Shown here in pieces: positions 32,461 to 32,603 of a DNA stretch of 32,603 nucleotides. A program made the translations under genes and the position numbers. A model generated the notes under the pieces. The model was not told where the DNA came from. It searched no databases and saw only the letters and a list, made by a program, of their open reading frames with translations. Source of the stretch: Candidatus Woesearchaeota archaeon (GTDB lineage: Archaea; Nanobdellota; Nanobdellia; Pacearchaeales; GW2011-AR1); the NCBI GenBank assembly GCA_964634225.1, contig CAZWIB010000001.1, positions 1-32,603 on the forward strand, given 5' to 3'. How positions within the stretch are numbered: position 1 is the first letter of the stretch; each line of letters starts with the position of its first letter.

Positions 32461-32603
32461 GTTCTTTTTTCCATTCAAATTGTTTGATATTACTTTTTGT
32501 TTTCCCATAATTCCTGGAAATTCTCTATTAAGAAGATAAACATTTTCCAAATCTACCCACTGAGTTTTTAAATTAACATGATACCCTTTGTCATCCAATC
32601 TTT
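32389..32603 (-). CDS. C-terminal fragment of an unidentified CDS that begins beyond the window end
   Basis: The minus-strand frame is open to the window edge; the listed start is a TTG. It overlaps the trm5 3' end by 72 nt, so its reality or true stop is uncertain. Confidence 0.3.
   Translation of the reverse strand, partial: RLDDKGYHVNLKTQWVDLENVYLLNREFPGIMGKQKVISNNLNGKKNSQDSEINSEPDFIRSYFPGFADV

Noticed and set aside
1-32603. Possible stop-codon reassignment, which occurs in some small uncultivated genomes.
   Set aside because: TAA, TAG and TGA each terminate well-supported genes at the expected protein ends (for example TAA for valS, TAG for aRF1 and fen1, TGA for the Nudix gene and radB). 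No conserved protein has an in-frame stop.

Overview
AT-rich (about 30% G+C by hand counts), gene-dense chromosomal segment with about 42 CDS and one tRNA. It comes from an archaeon with a reduced, DPANN-like gene content; the lineage is an inference from gene content only. Archaeal markers recognised from motifs: aRF1, Rpo11/RpoL, TFS, MBF1-like factor, RadB, NreA-like protein, family-B DNA polymerase, FEN1, Cdc48/VAT, type-2 MetAP, Sec11-type signal peptidase, Trm5, ValRS, type-IA topoisomerase and tRNA-Lys(CUU). I saw no rRNA, CRISPR array, transposase or integrase. Envelope genes and probable bacterial-type imports are interspersed: a processive GT2 synthase with a DUF2334 deacetylase-like protein, an SLT/GH23 lytic transglycosylase, a SIMPL protein, a single-RRM RNA-binding protein, a RelE-like toxin pair, and several lineage-specific membrane proteins. 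Observations most worth a second look: (1) a protein built from two tandem bacterial DnaA domain-IV-like DNA-binding modules, just downstream of an AbrB-like/Cdc48 gene pair whose unusually long leader carries TATACAC(A) repeats; (2) a roughly 55% G+C, hairpin-rich, in-frame 96-nt insertion in the exonuclease domain of PolB; (3) the same PolB has His in place of the conserved Tyr in both motif A and motif B; (4) a very regular promoter layout, with a TATA-like box exactly 29 nt upstream of the start codon at many genes (leaderless mRNAs), including single boxes shared by divergent gene pairs; (5) a membrane protein with three near-perfect 39-bp repeats encoding an Arg-rich tail. All family calls rest on motif recognition by eye; no database search was possible.
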